From a virus, in IMG/VR virus record IMGVR_UViG_3300032265_003945, positions 14,265 to 78,264 of that record: a DNA stretch of 64,000 nucleotides, one strand, 5' to 3'. The translations under genes and the position numbers were made by a program. Shown here in pieces: positions 1 to 10,006 of the stretch (within the stretch, counting starts at the first letter, position 1; every line of letters starts with the position of its first letter). Below the pieces are notes generated by a model that did no database searches, was not told where the DNA came from, and saw only the letters and a list, made by a program, of their open reading frames with translations.

Positions 1-1452
1 ATAGCTAAAATTAATTAATGCAGAGTTGTCTCTTAAATTACCTTTTGGTAAAGAAACTAAATCTTTAGTATCTGAATCATACACATAGTCTACTTCATCT
101 TGATAGGAAAATCTATAATTATAAGTGGCGACGGGAGGAGATGCCCCTGTTCCGGACTTAGAGCCGTCTGCGCCATAAACATACACTCTTCCAGTGGTAT
201 AGTCTACGCTATAAGCTCCAGGAAAAGATGGGAGAGCCTCTAATCTAAAGGGAGATTCATATAGGAAGGCGGGATGCTTAGCATTAACGTTAATGCTGTT
301 AGGATCGGTAAAAGTAACCCCGCCTAATTGAGGAACGTCATTATTTAAATCTACAATTGGGGCGTGCTTTAAATTAAAAATATTTATAATTGATGGAAGC
401 GTTTCTCTACTAGACGTTAGCACCTCTTCTACTCTTAAGGAATCAGAATAAATTATTTTACCAACATCTTTATATTGATAAGAGCACTCTATTCTGACAA
501 TAGCGTCTAATTTAAAAGAAGGATCTTGAAGTATCTGCTCGTTTAGCTTTATTTGATTATCTTCTAACAATAAATATTTAAATCCAAAATCCTGATCATA
601 TTTATTTTCTTTTATTTGATACCCAAGAGTCTGAATATCATATTCGTATATTGAAGGCAGGGAACTCAATATAAAAGTTAATTTTGTTAGCTTAATTACA
701 GGTGAAGAATTTAAATTTAAAATTAAACTATTGATGTTAAATTTGCCGTCCACATCTACAGAGTCTGGAGTTAAAAGCTCTCTAGTAACTTGAGTTGATT
801 GAAGCGTAAACGGATAGAATGGAAAAGTGTCTACGCTATAAAAACCAGAGACTTTATTTCCAGAAGGGGTAAGTCCAACCCTAATAATTTCATAGGCGCC
901 TTCTTGATCTAACCGATCAAAAGGTCCACCGCCTCTTGTTTTTTGCTCATCTTCAATAGTGTTACTTAAATAATTTTCATTTTTTACTTGACGCACATCA
1001 TATAAGGATTTAGATATGCTATTTACAAAAGAACCAATAACTTTGTAAACTGCAGTAGTTGGGTCTTCTACATTATAAATATTTTCTCTTAAGAAATTTA
1101 CTAAATAAGTTCTAATGATATTATCGGGCTCTTCTGGACCTAAGATTATCTTTAAGTTGCCTACGTTATCTTCCAGTAATTTAAACTCACCATTTAAAGA
1201 TTGAAATGGGTGATTAGAAGTTGAGCGAAACACGATATCATAAGCGGCATAAGGAGTCAAAGGCTGGCAATAAATCTTTAAGACATTATTGACCACTTGG
1301 ACTTTAAGAGCTTTAGAATCTGGAACATTTAAAGTTTGAGATAAAATTTGAATGTTGCTAACATCTAAATTATTAGTTAATTTTTCAGTAAAACTAGCTA
1401 TTAAATTAGAGCTATCAACAACTGTAACTGATTCTACTCTTAGGTTGCTCAT
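1..1452 (-). CDS. Partial baseplate wedge/tail structural protein (runs off the window; missing from the ORF track)
   Basis: ATG at 1452 overlaps the TGA of baseplate J (ATGA coupling). It translates MSNLRVESVTVVDSSNLIASF... and appears open toward position 1. It sits directly after baseplate J, the usual gpI/wedge slot. Confidence 0.7.
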   Translation of the reverse strand, partial: MSNLRVESVTVVDSSNLIASFTEKLTNNLDVSNIQILSQTLNVPDSKALKVQVVNNVLKIYCQPLTPYAAYDIVFRSTSNHPFQSLNGEFKLLEDNVGNLKIILGPEEPDNIIRTYLVNFLRENIYNVEDPTTAVYKVIGSFVNSISKSLYDVRQVKNENYLSNTIEDEQKTRGGGPFDRLDQEGAYEIIRVGLTPSGNKVSGFYSVDTFPFYPFTLQSTQVTRELLTPDSVDVDGKFNINSLILNLNSSPVIKLTKLTFILSSLPSIYEYDIQTLGYQIKENKYDQDFGFKYLLLEDNQIKLNEQILQDPSFKLDAIVRIECSYQYKDVGKIIYSDSLRVEEVLTSSRETLPSIINIFNLKHAPIVDLNNDVPQLGGVTFTDPNSINVNAKHPAFLYESPFRLEALPSFPGAYSVDYTTGRVYVYGADGSKSGTGASPPVATYNYRFSYQDEVDYVYDSDTKDLVSLPKGNLRDNSALINFSY

Positions 1453-4400
1453 CTTGTCTCAATATTCACTATAACGTTGTTTGCCACAAAGTATTCGTTC
1501 TTTTGAGCCGTTAAGCTAAGAACTTGACCTGGGACCCCTGTTTTATTAAAATAAATTATTCTTGATCTATCTACGCCATTAATAGAGTAAGAAGAATTTA
1601 CCAAATCCGATCCATCAATTATTCCTCCTAAAGAATTTAAATTAATAGAAGAGGTTAATATGTTTCTGACATTTTGAGCAACTATAGATGAACTGTTAGT
1701 AAAGATAGAGCTAACCACTATATTCATAGTTACATCTACAAGTATTGCGATTGCCTCTTTTGCAATAACATCTGCATTTATCGGTCTGTTATTTTCTATA
1801 TTAAAAGTGGCATCCGTAATTGTTTGATTATAATTATAAGTTATAGTGATTCTTTCATTTGTCTTTGGCGCAGTGTAATCGTAGAATACTTTGTATCTAG
1901 AGCCAAGAGGGGGTTGATTTATTGTATTTAAATTTAAAACGGAAGATGCGGTTGATTTAAACCCGCTACTCACATAGACTTTATCAATTAATAAGAATTT
2001 TTTACCCGTATATAATAAACCAGGAGCAGTATAGTTTAATGTTTCAGAGTCCGCAGAATTAACTACACAAATAGTGGCTCGCATCTTATCTCCAATTTTT
2101 GGAAGATAAGGGTTAGTCGAAGTATCTAGCATATTCGTGCTAGTCGATGGCAAAATCACACTAAATCTATCTAAAAGAGGGTTTTCGATTAACTCTCCTA
2201 TATAGTAAGAGTTATCTCTTATTTTTGAGTTAATTAAATCATAATTAACAATAACATTAGTAACTTCATCTAGGTTTCCTGCAGTTTGAACTTTTTCTAG
2301 CTTAACTATTCTAGCCAATTTAAGAGAAGAAGGTATAGCAGATGTAGAAGATAAACTTAACCCTTTAACAACTGCTTCTAGTAAATTGACCTCTAGCCCG
2401 GACGCAGTTGAGGTAAAGATTACATCTTTTATTTTAAAAATAGTTTTTCCTGTAATGGCAATCGAGCCATTAGATACGTTTTGATCGAAAATTAAAGAAG
2501 AAATGTTTGTTGGAGAGGTTCTTAAATTATTATAATTATAATAATTTATAAAAACTTTATCAAATAGTTTAGGATTGCCAAAAGATGATAGAATTAATTT
2601 ATTATTTGCAAAATTTATCGTGCCAGATCCGTTCCACACTTCTTGATTATCTGAGATCCTAGTAATAGAAATTTGAGATTTACTAATATTTTCTAGGGAA
2701 ATAGTCGCTGTAAATTGCTGCAAACTAGAATTAAAATTAATTATATCAAATATACCATTGTTATTAAAATTATACCCATCATAAATTTTTAATTTATAAT
2801 TAGATATGGCAGTAATATAATTAAGATTCATTGTCGGGCTAGTAACTAAGATCTGTTGAGGGTTTGACGGATCTTTTTGCAAATACCCATCAAGAACTTC
2901 TCCGTAAACTATTTGGGAGGCGGGGTCTAATATTTCAAATCTTAATGGTCCGACATTATCTATAAAATTTAAAATATCAACATATAGTTTTTGATCAGCA
3001 TCAGATTTTACCTCTGATTGTTGTAATGCAATTACTTCATTAGAAAAACTAACTGGCTGATATCTCGTATTATCCTTGGAGTAGTAGAATGTAACTACTT
3101 GATCTTTTTCCAAAGGAGAATTGTAATTAGATAGTATTAACTGATAATTATTATTAGAATTATTAAAAGTTATAGTTCCTGGATGCATGCTATCCCAAAG
3201 AACAGCGCCATCACTAATTCTTATAATAGATAAGATGTCCGATGTGCCCAGGGTGAAGTTATTTGCATTAATGGATAATTCAATGTAAAGCTGATTGCTA
3301 ACATTTTTATTAATTAATAAGCTCTCTCTTATTAAATTATTAAATATATTGTTATTTATAAATCCCAGGTTATTTAAGTTAAATCCATTAGAGACTCTGC
3401 TCGCTGGGAGCAGGGTCGTTGCGGAAGAGTAGAGCGAAGGGACATTGGCTATGTAAGAAACATTTAAATAAATTTGAGAAGAGTCTGTTACGATATTGCT
3501 TGCCGGTATATTAATTGTACTAGAATTAAAGCTGCCATTTATATTATCTACATAAAAAGTATTTTTACTATCAAAAATAATAGAGACTTTTTGACCACTT
3601 ACTGCGGTAGTGTCTGCCGGTAGAATTATATTTGCGCCATAGACAACTTTAATGCCTATGACTGATGTGCTGGCTGTAAAAGATCCGTTATTTTCAGCCG
3701 TATTATATAGTTCAACAAAAGTATTCTTTAAATAAATATTTTGTATTGATTGAACTGGAACTGGTAAATTTAATAATTGAACGGATTTTCTCCCGGCGTA
3801 TATCCCAGAGGTTACATCCGAGACAATACCGTCTTTTTGTTCAAAAGTATTGCAAGATATTACTGAGCTTATTGGGTGAGATACGGATCCCGTAAATATA
3901 TTTGCCGTAGCGTCTTTGATAAATAATGCTTTTTCGTCTTTTATTTCTGAGCAATAACCCCAGTCAACATTATCAATTGAAGGACGTAAATTATCATTTA
4001 AATATTTTCCATCATAATCCGAATATTGATCATAATCAAATATCCAAGTATAATCTACCTGAAGGACATCAGTGGCAACCGGTAAAGTATTACCAGAAAT
4101 TTTTATTCTTCCAGTTGTATTGACGCTTCCGGTTCCGTCTACATTTTGATTTACTATGAAATATCTTTCCCCGGTATTAACATTAAATACTCTAGTTACA
4201 TTTGTTAAGGGATAGTGAAATAATTGAATAATTGATCTGTCGCTAGTAATAACGCTATTCTCATTAACAATAGATATATTTTGCTGAATATTTGGAATGT
4301 TCAGCACATCAGTGTATGACAATGGATCTTGTCCATTAAATTTATTTTTAATTAAGTCCTGGGAGAAGGCAGATATTTTATTTGATGTCCATTTAAACTT

Positions 4401-5552
4401 ATCAAATCCCCAGGGAGATCCTGCATACACTCCCGTGTCTTTTACTAGCTCATAATTTCCGGAAACTCTTCCGAGAGAATCGACTGATTTGGGTATGAAA
4501 TTAGGTCCGCTCAGAGAACCTACTACGGTAACAAGAGAGTCGACTGGCTGAGACGGCAAGGTCCCATTCTTTATATTATCTACTCTTCTTTTGTTAACAG
4601 TCTTGTTTTCATCTCCGGATATTTGTCCCAAGACAATATCGTTTTTATCATTGGAAGAGTTATTCGTATTACTTTTATCTTGATAGATATAGGTATCTAT
4701 TGTTTGGAGTAAATTTTGCCCCAAAATAATAACATCAACTTTGCCGCCTTGTCCCTCGGAAATAATTGTTTTATTGCCGCTAGAGTCGGTCGAGACTACG
4801 GTCCCATCTCTTGTCATCAAGGGGTCACCCGGCTCGATAACCGTGGCATCTATAACATTGGTAGTGGCGAGGGCGGTGCTTCTATAACCAAGGGCAGTGC
4901 CAATGCTAGAGCCATTAAAAAGAGCTAGAATTCTATTTCTAAAAGCAGCGTCGTTTTCCTGATTCGAGCCGCCAGTAAAATTATTAGTATTTGTTGCCCC
5001 GGTGATTCCAGTGGTCGTAGATCTAGAGATATAATATTTGCCAATATTTCCAATGGCTCCAGGAGAAACACATTGAACTAAAACTTGTATCGCGTATTGA
5101 TCTTTAATACCTACGAAGTCTAAATCATTTTTGAATCTAGTAGCCGTAGATGCGTATGAGTTGGCTGAAGCTGGAATAATAGAGACTCCGGTAGTTACTT
5201 GAAAAGAAACTCCGCTACTGGTAATAACTAAATCTCCTGAATTAACTGCAAATGGAGCATCTACGGAATTAAAAGTAAGAAGGGCTACCCCATTAGCCGG
5301 TACAGCTTGTTTTCTAGACAACCCGAAATTTTTTGCTAGTTTGTCTAAATCTGCCCCAGCAGCCAATTTAATAGATTGTAAATCTGAAACGTTAGCAAGC
5401 TCATCATAAATTAAAGAAATTTGGCTAGCGGGGGCATCAATAAATAAATCTCTGGCAACAGTTCCAGGTTTAGTATCTAGATCTGGCTGAACCAGCTTAA
5501 AATAATCAATTAAGCCTAAGATAATATCATTTACATTTCTTATTGTTACCAT
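1449..5552 (-). CDS. Baseplate J-like wedge protein (gp6/gpJ family) with large internal insertion
   Basis: N-terminal DTKPGTVARDLF, 'GADLDKLAKNFGLSRKQAVPANGVALLT', 'GAIGNI' and 'FTGGSNQENDAAFRNRI' are baseplate-J hallmarks. It follows a gp25-like gene. Confidence 0.9.
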   Translation of the reverse strand: MVTIRNVNDIILGLIDYFKLVQPDLDTKPGTVARDLFIDAPASQISLIYDELANVSDLQSIKLAAGADLDKLAKNFGLSRKQAVPANGVALLTFNSVDAPFAVNSGDLVITSSGVSFQVTTGVSIIPASANSYASTATRFKNDLDFVGIKDQYAIQVLVQCVSPGAIGNIGKYYISRSTTTGITGATNTNNFTGGSNQENDAAFRNRILALFNGSSIGTALGYRSTALATTNVIDATVIEPGDPLMTRDGTVVSTDSSGNKTIISEGQGGKVDVIILGQNLLQTIDTYIYQDKSNTNNSSNDKNDIVLGQISGDENKTVNKRRVDNIKNGTLPSQPVDSLVTVVGSLSGPNFIPKSVDSLGRVSGNYELVKDTGVYAGSPWGFDKFKWTSNKISAFSQDLIKNKFNGQDPLSYTDVLNIPNIQQNISIVNENSVITSDRSIIQLFHYPLTNVTRVFNVNTGERYFIVNQNVDGTGSVNTTGRIKISGNTLPVATDVLQVDYTWIFDYDQYSDYDGKYLNDNLRPSIDNVDWGYCSEIKDEKALFIKDATANIFTGSVSHPISSVISCNTFEQKDGIVSDVTSGIYAGRKSVQLLNLPVPVQSIQNIYLKNTFVELYNTAENNGSFTASTSVIGIKVVYGANIILPADTTAVSGQKVSIIFDSKNTFYVDNINGSFNSSTINIPASNIVTDSSQIYLNVSYIANVPSLYSSATTLLPASRVSNGFNLNNLGFINNNIFNNLIRESLLINKNVSNQLYIELSINANNFTLGTSDILSIIRISDGAVLWDSMHPGTITFNNSNNNYQLILSNYNSPLEKDQVVTFYYSKDNTRYQPVSFSNEVIALQQSEVKSDADQKLYVDILNFIDNVGPLRFEILDPASQIVYGEVLDGYLQKDPSNPQQILVTSPTMNLNYITAISNYKLKIYDGYNFNNNGIFDIINFNSSLQQFTATISLENISKSQISITRISDNQEVWNGSGTINFANNKLILSSFGNPKLFDKVFINYYNYNNLRTSPTNISSLIFDQNVSNGSIAITGKTIFKIKDVIFTSTASGLEVNLLEAVVKGLSLSSTSAIPSSLKLARIVKLEKVQTAGNLDEVTNVIVNYDLINSKIRDNSYYIGELIENPLLDRFSVILPSTSTNMLDTSTNPYLPKIGDKMRATICVVNSADSETLNYTAPGLLYTGKKFLLIDKVYVSSGFKSTASSVLNLNTINQPPLGSRYKVFYDYTAPKTNERITITYNYNQTITDATFNIENNRPINADVIAKEAIAILVDVTMNIVVSSIFTNSSSIVAQNVRNILTSSINLNSLGGIIDGSDLVNSSYSINGVDRSRIIYFNKTGVPGQVLSLTAQKNEYFVANNVIVNIETR

Positions 5553-5570
5553 TTACTTTTCTCAGGCTCC

Positions 5571-6002
5571 TCATATAGTGGTTACGGTAAAATCAGTGGC
5601 TAGAGCCTTTAATCCCTTACTCAAAACTTTCACTCGAACCAAAAACAACCTAAAGTCATTTGTATCCCTGCTAATTGATATATCCATAATATAATTAATT
5701 TGCTCAAAAGGGGATAATGTTTGTAATTGTTTTGATTGTGTTTCTTGCAAAGATTTTAAATTTTGTATGGCATTTTCTAATTGAACCCTAGATACCTGCA
5801 AGATAATGTCATTGCTTAGGGGTGAGCCAATCATTGTTTTTGAGAGAAGGGAACCGTACCACGGATAAAGTGGGTTAGTTCCGGTAGGAGTAATGCATAT
5901 TTTTAACAAATCCTGGGCTAATTTATCCGTATCGGTAACAACATTTAAGTTACCGTTATTGACTACCAAATCTCCAGAAATTATTTTTAGATCAAAGGAC
6001 AT
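5571..6002 (-). CDS. gp25/gpW-like baseplate wedge (sheath initiator)
   Basis: 143 aa with GDL..., 'QDLLKICITPTGTNPLYPWYGSLL' pattern; immediately upstream of baseplate J. Confidence 0.85.
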   Translation of the reverse strand: MSFDLKIISGDLVVNNGNLNVVTDTDKLAQDLLKICITPTGTNPLYPWYGSLLSKTMIGSPLSNDIILQVSRVQLENAIQNLKSLQETQSKQLQTLSPFEQINYIMDISISRDTNDFRLFLVRVKVLSKGLKALATDFTVTTI

Positions 6003-6046
6003 AATTTTGCCTTATTTTATATAAAAATGCAAAATTATTACTTTAA

Positions 6047-7729
6047 TCAAGAGGATGCCGATTTTTTAAGGTTCAGATAGATGGCATCACATATAGAATA
6101 TAAATATTTTACTAAAACTGAAAATCTAGATAGAGCTTCTTTAATTCCAATTCTTTCGGGAAGAGGGGTCCTTAAATTAAAAATTTTATTTTGCATTCTA
6201 GCATAGGCGGTATCATCAAAGAAAGAAATTAAAACCTGCTCATCTATTAAATAAAGTGCTGAAGTAATTACTAAAACATCGCATAATCCAAGACCACTAA
6301 ATTCTCCCATTATATATTCTATATACTTAAGGGCGTTGTTGGTATAAGAAAATGCATTGGACCTTGCTTTATTGAGTTGCTCCAAGTTTTTTTGATCTAA
6401 GGTAGAATCTATCGGTGGTCCATTGATAAAATCAGTAATCGCTCCCAGAGCGCTTTGTAATTGAGCTAAGAAAGGGTTTTCAGATAAACTAGAAGTTTTT
6501 ATAATTTTGTTAAAGAGAATATCTATTTGATTTGTAGCATTTTTTGCCGTTAAATACACTATTTCAATTTCTCTTTTATCTTTATTATTAGGATCTGATG
6601 AGAGTATTTTTCTTAAGTTGCATCCATACTCTGGTCCAGATTGACTCGGTACGGGTATTAAATTATAATTTCTTTGATTTTCATTAATTACATCTACGTT
6701 TTTTTTAAGCTCTGCCATCATTTTTTTAGCAAGTCCTATGAAACTAGCATAATAAACCGATGTATTTCCTGATGCATTTGTATTTGTATAGATTTTATTT
6801 AAATCTGAGCTATCTAATGAGATAGATCCTGTACTGGTCACCTGCTTAATGTAATCGATCTGGCTTTTTTGATAATCACTTAATTGCTCTTTTTGATTAT
6901 TTGAAGAAAGTCTATCAATACATATTTGTTGCAAGCCAGCCGCAGGATATTGGATTTTAGTATCAGGAGTTTTACCATCAAATATAAAAAAGGGAACGTT
7001 AATATGATTGCTATCTCCCGCTGCAAAAGATGCTCGAGGATCAACTACAAATGGCATAATGAAATGGTATCTTTCGTTTGCATTTTTACCGAACCACTTA
7101 ATATAAGGCGAAAGATCGTCAAGAGCGGTACGATTAAATAAATTAACATACGTCATCATATCTTTGCCATCCACGGATTCTGTAGAGACATTATATTTAC
7201 AATCCTTAGATTCTATTTCTAAGGGATTTTTTTCTGGATTATTCATGCAACTATCAAATTTTCTTGGATTTTTTGTAACTAGTGCTAAAACGCTCGCCCC
7301 AATACTTTCATTCCTAGAAAAAATAGATAATATTTGATTTAAATATAAATTTCTATCATTAGATGTTATGTAGCATTTTGTTTTAGTAAAATTATTTGAT
7401 ATTTTTATTTTATTTTCAATATTATCGGTATTAGAGTCGTACCCGGGATTAAAGAAATTATCATTATCAATTACCGGCATCCCTAATATTCTGTAGAAAG
7501 CGTGACACCTAGATTCTTTAAAAGCATAAGATGAGTCATCGTTGAAGACCAATACGGGAGGAGGATCTCCTTTAGTTACTTCTGGACTATCAATTGTGTA
7601 AATATTATTTTCATTTATAATTCCAGAAATATAATTATTTCCACGGTACCCATCAATATGCTTAATCCATTTAGAATACAGGTCATCTAGATCTATAGTG
7701 TAATTTGCGTTATCTCGGTAAAACGGCAT
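6047..7729 (-). CDS. Hypothetical virion/baseplate-region protein
   Basis: 560-aa ORF translationally coupled (TGATG) to the upstream gene within the baseplate operon; no motif recognised. Confidence 0.55.
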   Translation of the reverse strand: MPFYRDNANYTIDLDDLYSKWIKHIDGYRGNNYISGIINENNIYTIDSPEVTKGDPPPVLVFNDDSSYAFKESRCHAFYRILGMPVIDNDNFFNPGYDSNTDNIENKIKISNNFTKTKCYITSNDRNLYLNQILSIFSRNESIGASVLALVTKNPRKFDSCMNNPEKNPLEIESKDCKYNVSTESVDGKDMMTYVNLFNRTALDDLSPYIKWFGKNANERYHFIMPFVVDPRASFAAGDSNHINVPFFIFDGKTPDTKIQYPAAGLQQICIDRLSSNNQKEQLSDYQKSQIDYIKQVTSTGSISLDSSDLNKIYTNTNASGNTSVYYASFIGLAKKMMAELKKNVDVINENQRNYNLIPVPSQSGPEYGCNLRKILSSDPNNKDKREIEIVYLTAKNATNQIDILFNKIIKTSSLSENPFLAQLQSALGAITDFINGPPIDSTLDQKNLEQLNKARSNAFSYTNNALKYIEYIMGEFSGLGLCDVLVITSALYLIDEQVLISFFDDTAYARMQNKIFNLRTPLPERIGIKEALSRFSVLVKYLYSICDAIYLNLKKSASS

Positions 7730-9996
7730 CAGCTATCTCCTGAAGAAATTTCTTCTCTAGATACGTCTCCGTCGTCTCTTCTAGGTTGACCATCCGAGGA
7801 GTCGCCTATTCCGACAGACGTAGTTCCAACTCCAGAAGATGCGTAAATGAATTGATACTCTATTTTTCTAACAGAAACGCTAGATTGTTTTGATAGATCG
7901 GCGGGAATATTAGTGTCAGATATTTTTTTATTATCAAATGATATTTCTAATTCTCCAACTCCAGCCGTCTTACTGCCTATTTCTGCGATAAAGTATCGAC
8001 TTCCATCATAAGAGAAAGAGGTGATATCTCCAAAAGTTACGTGAGGAATTATTTTTTCAGCCAATGAAGATGCGGAAGCGCTCGGCAATGAGCCGCACAA
8101 AGAGGCTCCGGAGCTTTCTTTTAAATCCACCTTTACTTGAATTTTCTTGCTTGTAAATTGAACGGAGGGATTTATCTCTATGGTAGACCTGTATTGATCG
8201 AAACCGATTGGTATAATCGAGTTTATTGTGCTTTCTGTTTCTTGTTGCAGTTGCTGCATACAAGCAATTGCGGTAGCTTGCAGTTGTTGAGCGCCACTTT
8301 CCGTCACATCGTTTCTAAAGGCATCGATAGCTGAAAATACGCATTCCTGAGCTTTTGTAACATCCGGGAAAACAAGATTTTGTAATTGCGCAATCTTAGT
8401 ATTAAAATCATTGCTAAATACGGCATTTGTAAAAGTTTTATCAATATTTACTTGAGGCATGCACCCATTAGTAATAAGATCTTTTGATAGCAATACAGAG
8501 TGATTTATTTTAAATGTATATTCAATATTGTTAATAATGACTGTTGGAAAATCTGTAATTGATTGAAAAATTGTTTTTGGAGGATTTTTTATGAAAAGAA
8601 AATTCTCTATTGTGGCTTGTGCACTTACTTCTGTAGTATTATTGCTTGCATTAGTATCGTAACCGGTTACAACAGTAACTCCATCCTCTTCAAATCCCTT
8701 TCCTCCCGCCATTTTTAAGACTCCCGTTGGATTTACTTTAAAGGAATTGTCGGGTTGAATTAAAAGAGATTCTGTTGGATTGGTTATAATGCAATCTTTA
8801 AATACTAGATGCCTTATCTTATTTGTCGAAGATACTGATCTTCCCCAATCTGATGGATTGTATAAAAACTTCATATCCACTAGATAGGGGGCTTGGTTCG
8901 GTGGGGTTGACGCAGTATAATTTGAATCTGTGGGGAAAAATACCGGTTTTGGAGGCTCAGGAATGTCCTTAGCATCAATCATATTAATGAATTGTTGATA
9001 AAGATAACTGTTCGGACCGGCGCTATAGCCTTCTGTAGTGTATTCTCCCGAAGGAGCGTGTGCAGAAGCTTGGTCATAGAATCTAAAACTGGACTCTCTG
9101 TCTATTTTTTGGGGCAAGGAGCCAATTAAAACAGAGTATAACGGGTCGTTTTGGTTTATTCCTGCAAGATTTGGAAGTGACTGAACTTGGCTAATGTACT
9201 GGAAGGACCCGGTAGTTCGAATAAAGTTAGAATATTTTATAAAATTAGGGCAAACATCGGCGGTACAGCAGTTTTGAAAATCGCTGCTGTCGCATGGCGG
9301 TATAGCAAATCCAAGCTGCAGAATATCTTTAAAAATTTGAATCACTAAAGATATCATTAAAAACACAACGAAAACATTTTGAAATAAGCAGAGAATTATA
9401 CCAATTTTTTTAGCAACTGCCAGTATTACTTCTTTGTCAGCTCTATCTATAGCCTTGAACAAAGTTCTAATATTTATAATTATTAACTTAACTAGTTGTA
9501 CAATTAAAAGTATTACGTATTGTATAATTTGAATTATTAATATTAATAAGGCAATGATCATTACAATCAATGCTAATAATGGAAATAATGCCAAGAATAA
9601 AGGAATACATTCTCTAAAAAGTCTTTGCACGGCGTTTGCCGTTTTTACCGGATTAGGTAATGCGCAAATTACTTCAATCACGCACAAGATCATTTTTAGC
9701 AGTGGTAGAAAAAATTTATACAACATCAAAAATGGCAAAAATTGATCTAATACTTTAATCACCCCGTCAATAATATCTTTTCCAAAATTAGGGTTTAATG
9801 GTGACTTTAGCTCTCCTACTGGCAGTAAAACTTTAACCAATTCAAAAATGCCAGACAAATCTGGTGGTCCGAGAAGACCTTTAAAGTCAGGAATGGGCAG
9901 ATTTGGGACGCCAGGAAGCCCAAAGCCAGGTATTGCTGGTCCGGATGGACCATCCGGTATATTTATATTAATGCTATTGGGATCGCAAGGACACAT
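7729..9996 (-). CDS. Baseplate-region protein with long hydrophobic (membrane-like) segment and Cys clusters
   Basis: 755 aa; residues about 75-230 are very hydrophobic (IPLFLALFPLLALIVMIIALLILIIQIIQYVILLIVQLV); MCPCDP and CCTADVCP clusters. Confidence 0.6.
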   Translation of the reverse strand: MCPCDPNSININIPDGPSGPAIPGFGLPGVPNLPIPDFKGLLGPPDLSGIFELVKVLLPVGELKSPLNPNFGKDIIDGVIKVLDQFLPFLMLYKFFLPLLKMILCVIEVICALPNPVKTANAVQRLFRECIPLFLALFPLLALIVMIIALLILIIQIIQYVILLIVQLVKLIIINIRTLFKAIDRADKEVILAVAKKIGIILCLFQNVFVVFLMISLVIQIFKDILQLGFAIPPCDSSDFQNCCTADVCPNFIKYSNFIRTTGSFQYISQVQSLPNLAGINQNDPLYSVLIGSLPQKIDRESSFRFYDQASAHAPSGEYTTEGYSAGPNSYLYQQFINMIDAKDIPEPPKPVFFPTDSNYTASTPPNQAPYLVDMKFLYNPSDWGRSVSSTNKIRHLVFKDCIITNPTESLLIQPDNSFKVNPTGVLKMAGGKGFEEDGVTVVTGYDTNASNNTTEVSAQATIENFLFIKNPPKTIFQSITDFPTVIINNIEYTFKINHSVLLSKDLITNGCMPQVNIDKTFTNAVFSNDFNTKIAQLQNLVFPDVTKAQECVFSAIDAFRNDVTESGAQQLQATAIACMQQLQQETESTINSIIPIGFDQYRSTIEINPSVQFTSKKIQVKVDLKESSGASLCGSLPSASASSLAEKIIPHVTFGDITSFSYDGSRYFIAEIGSKTAGVGELEISFDNKKISDTNIPADLSKQSSVSVRKIEYQFIYASSGVGTTSVGIGDSSDGQPRRDDGDVSREEISSGDS

Positions 9997-10006
9997 ACTT
10001 TATATA

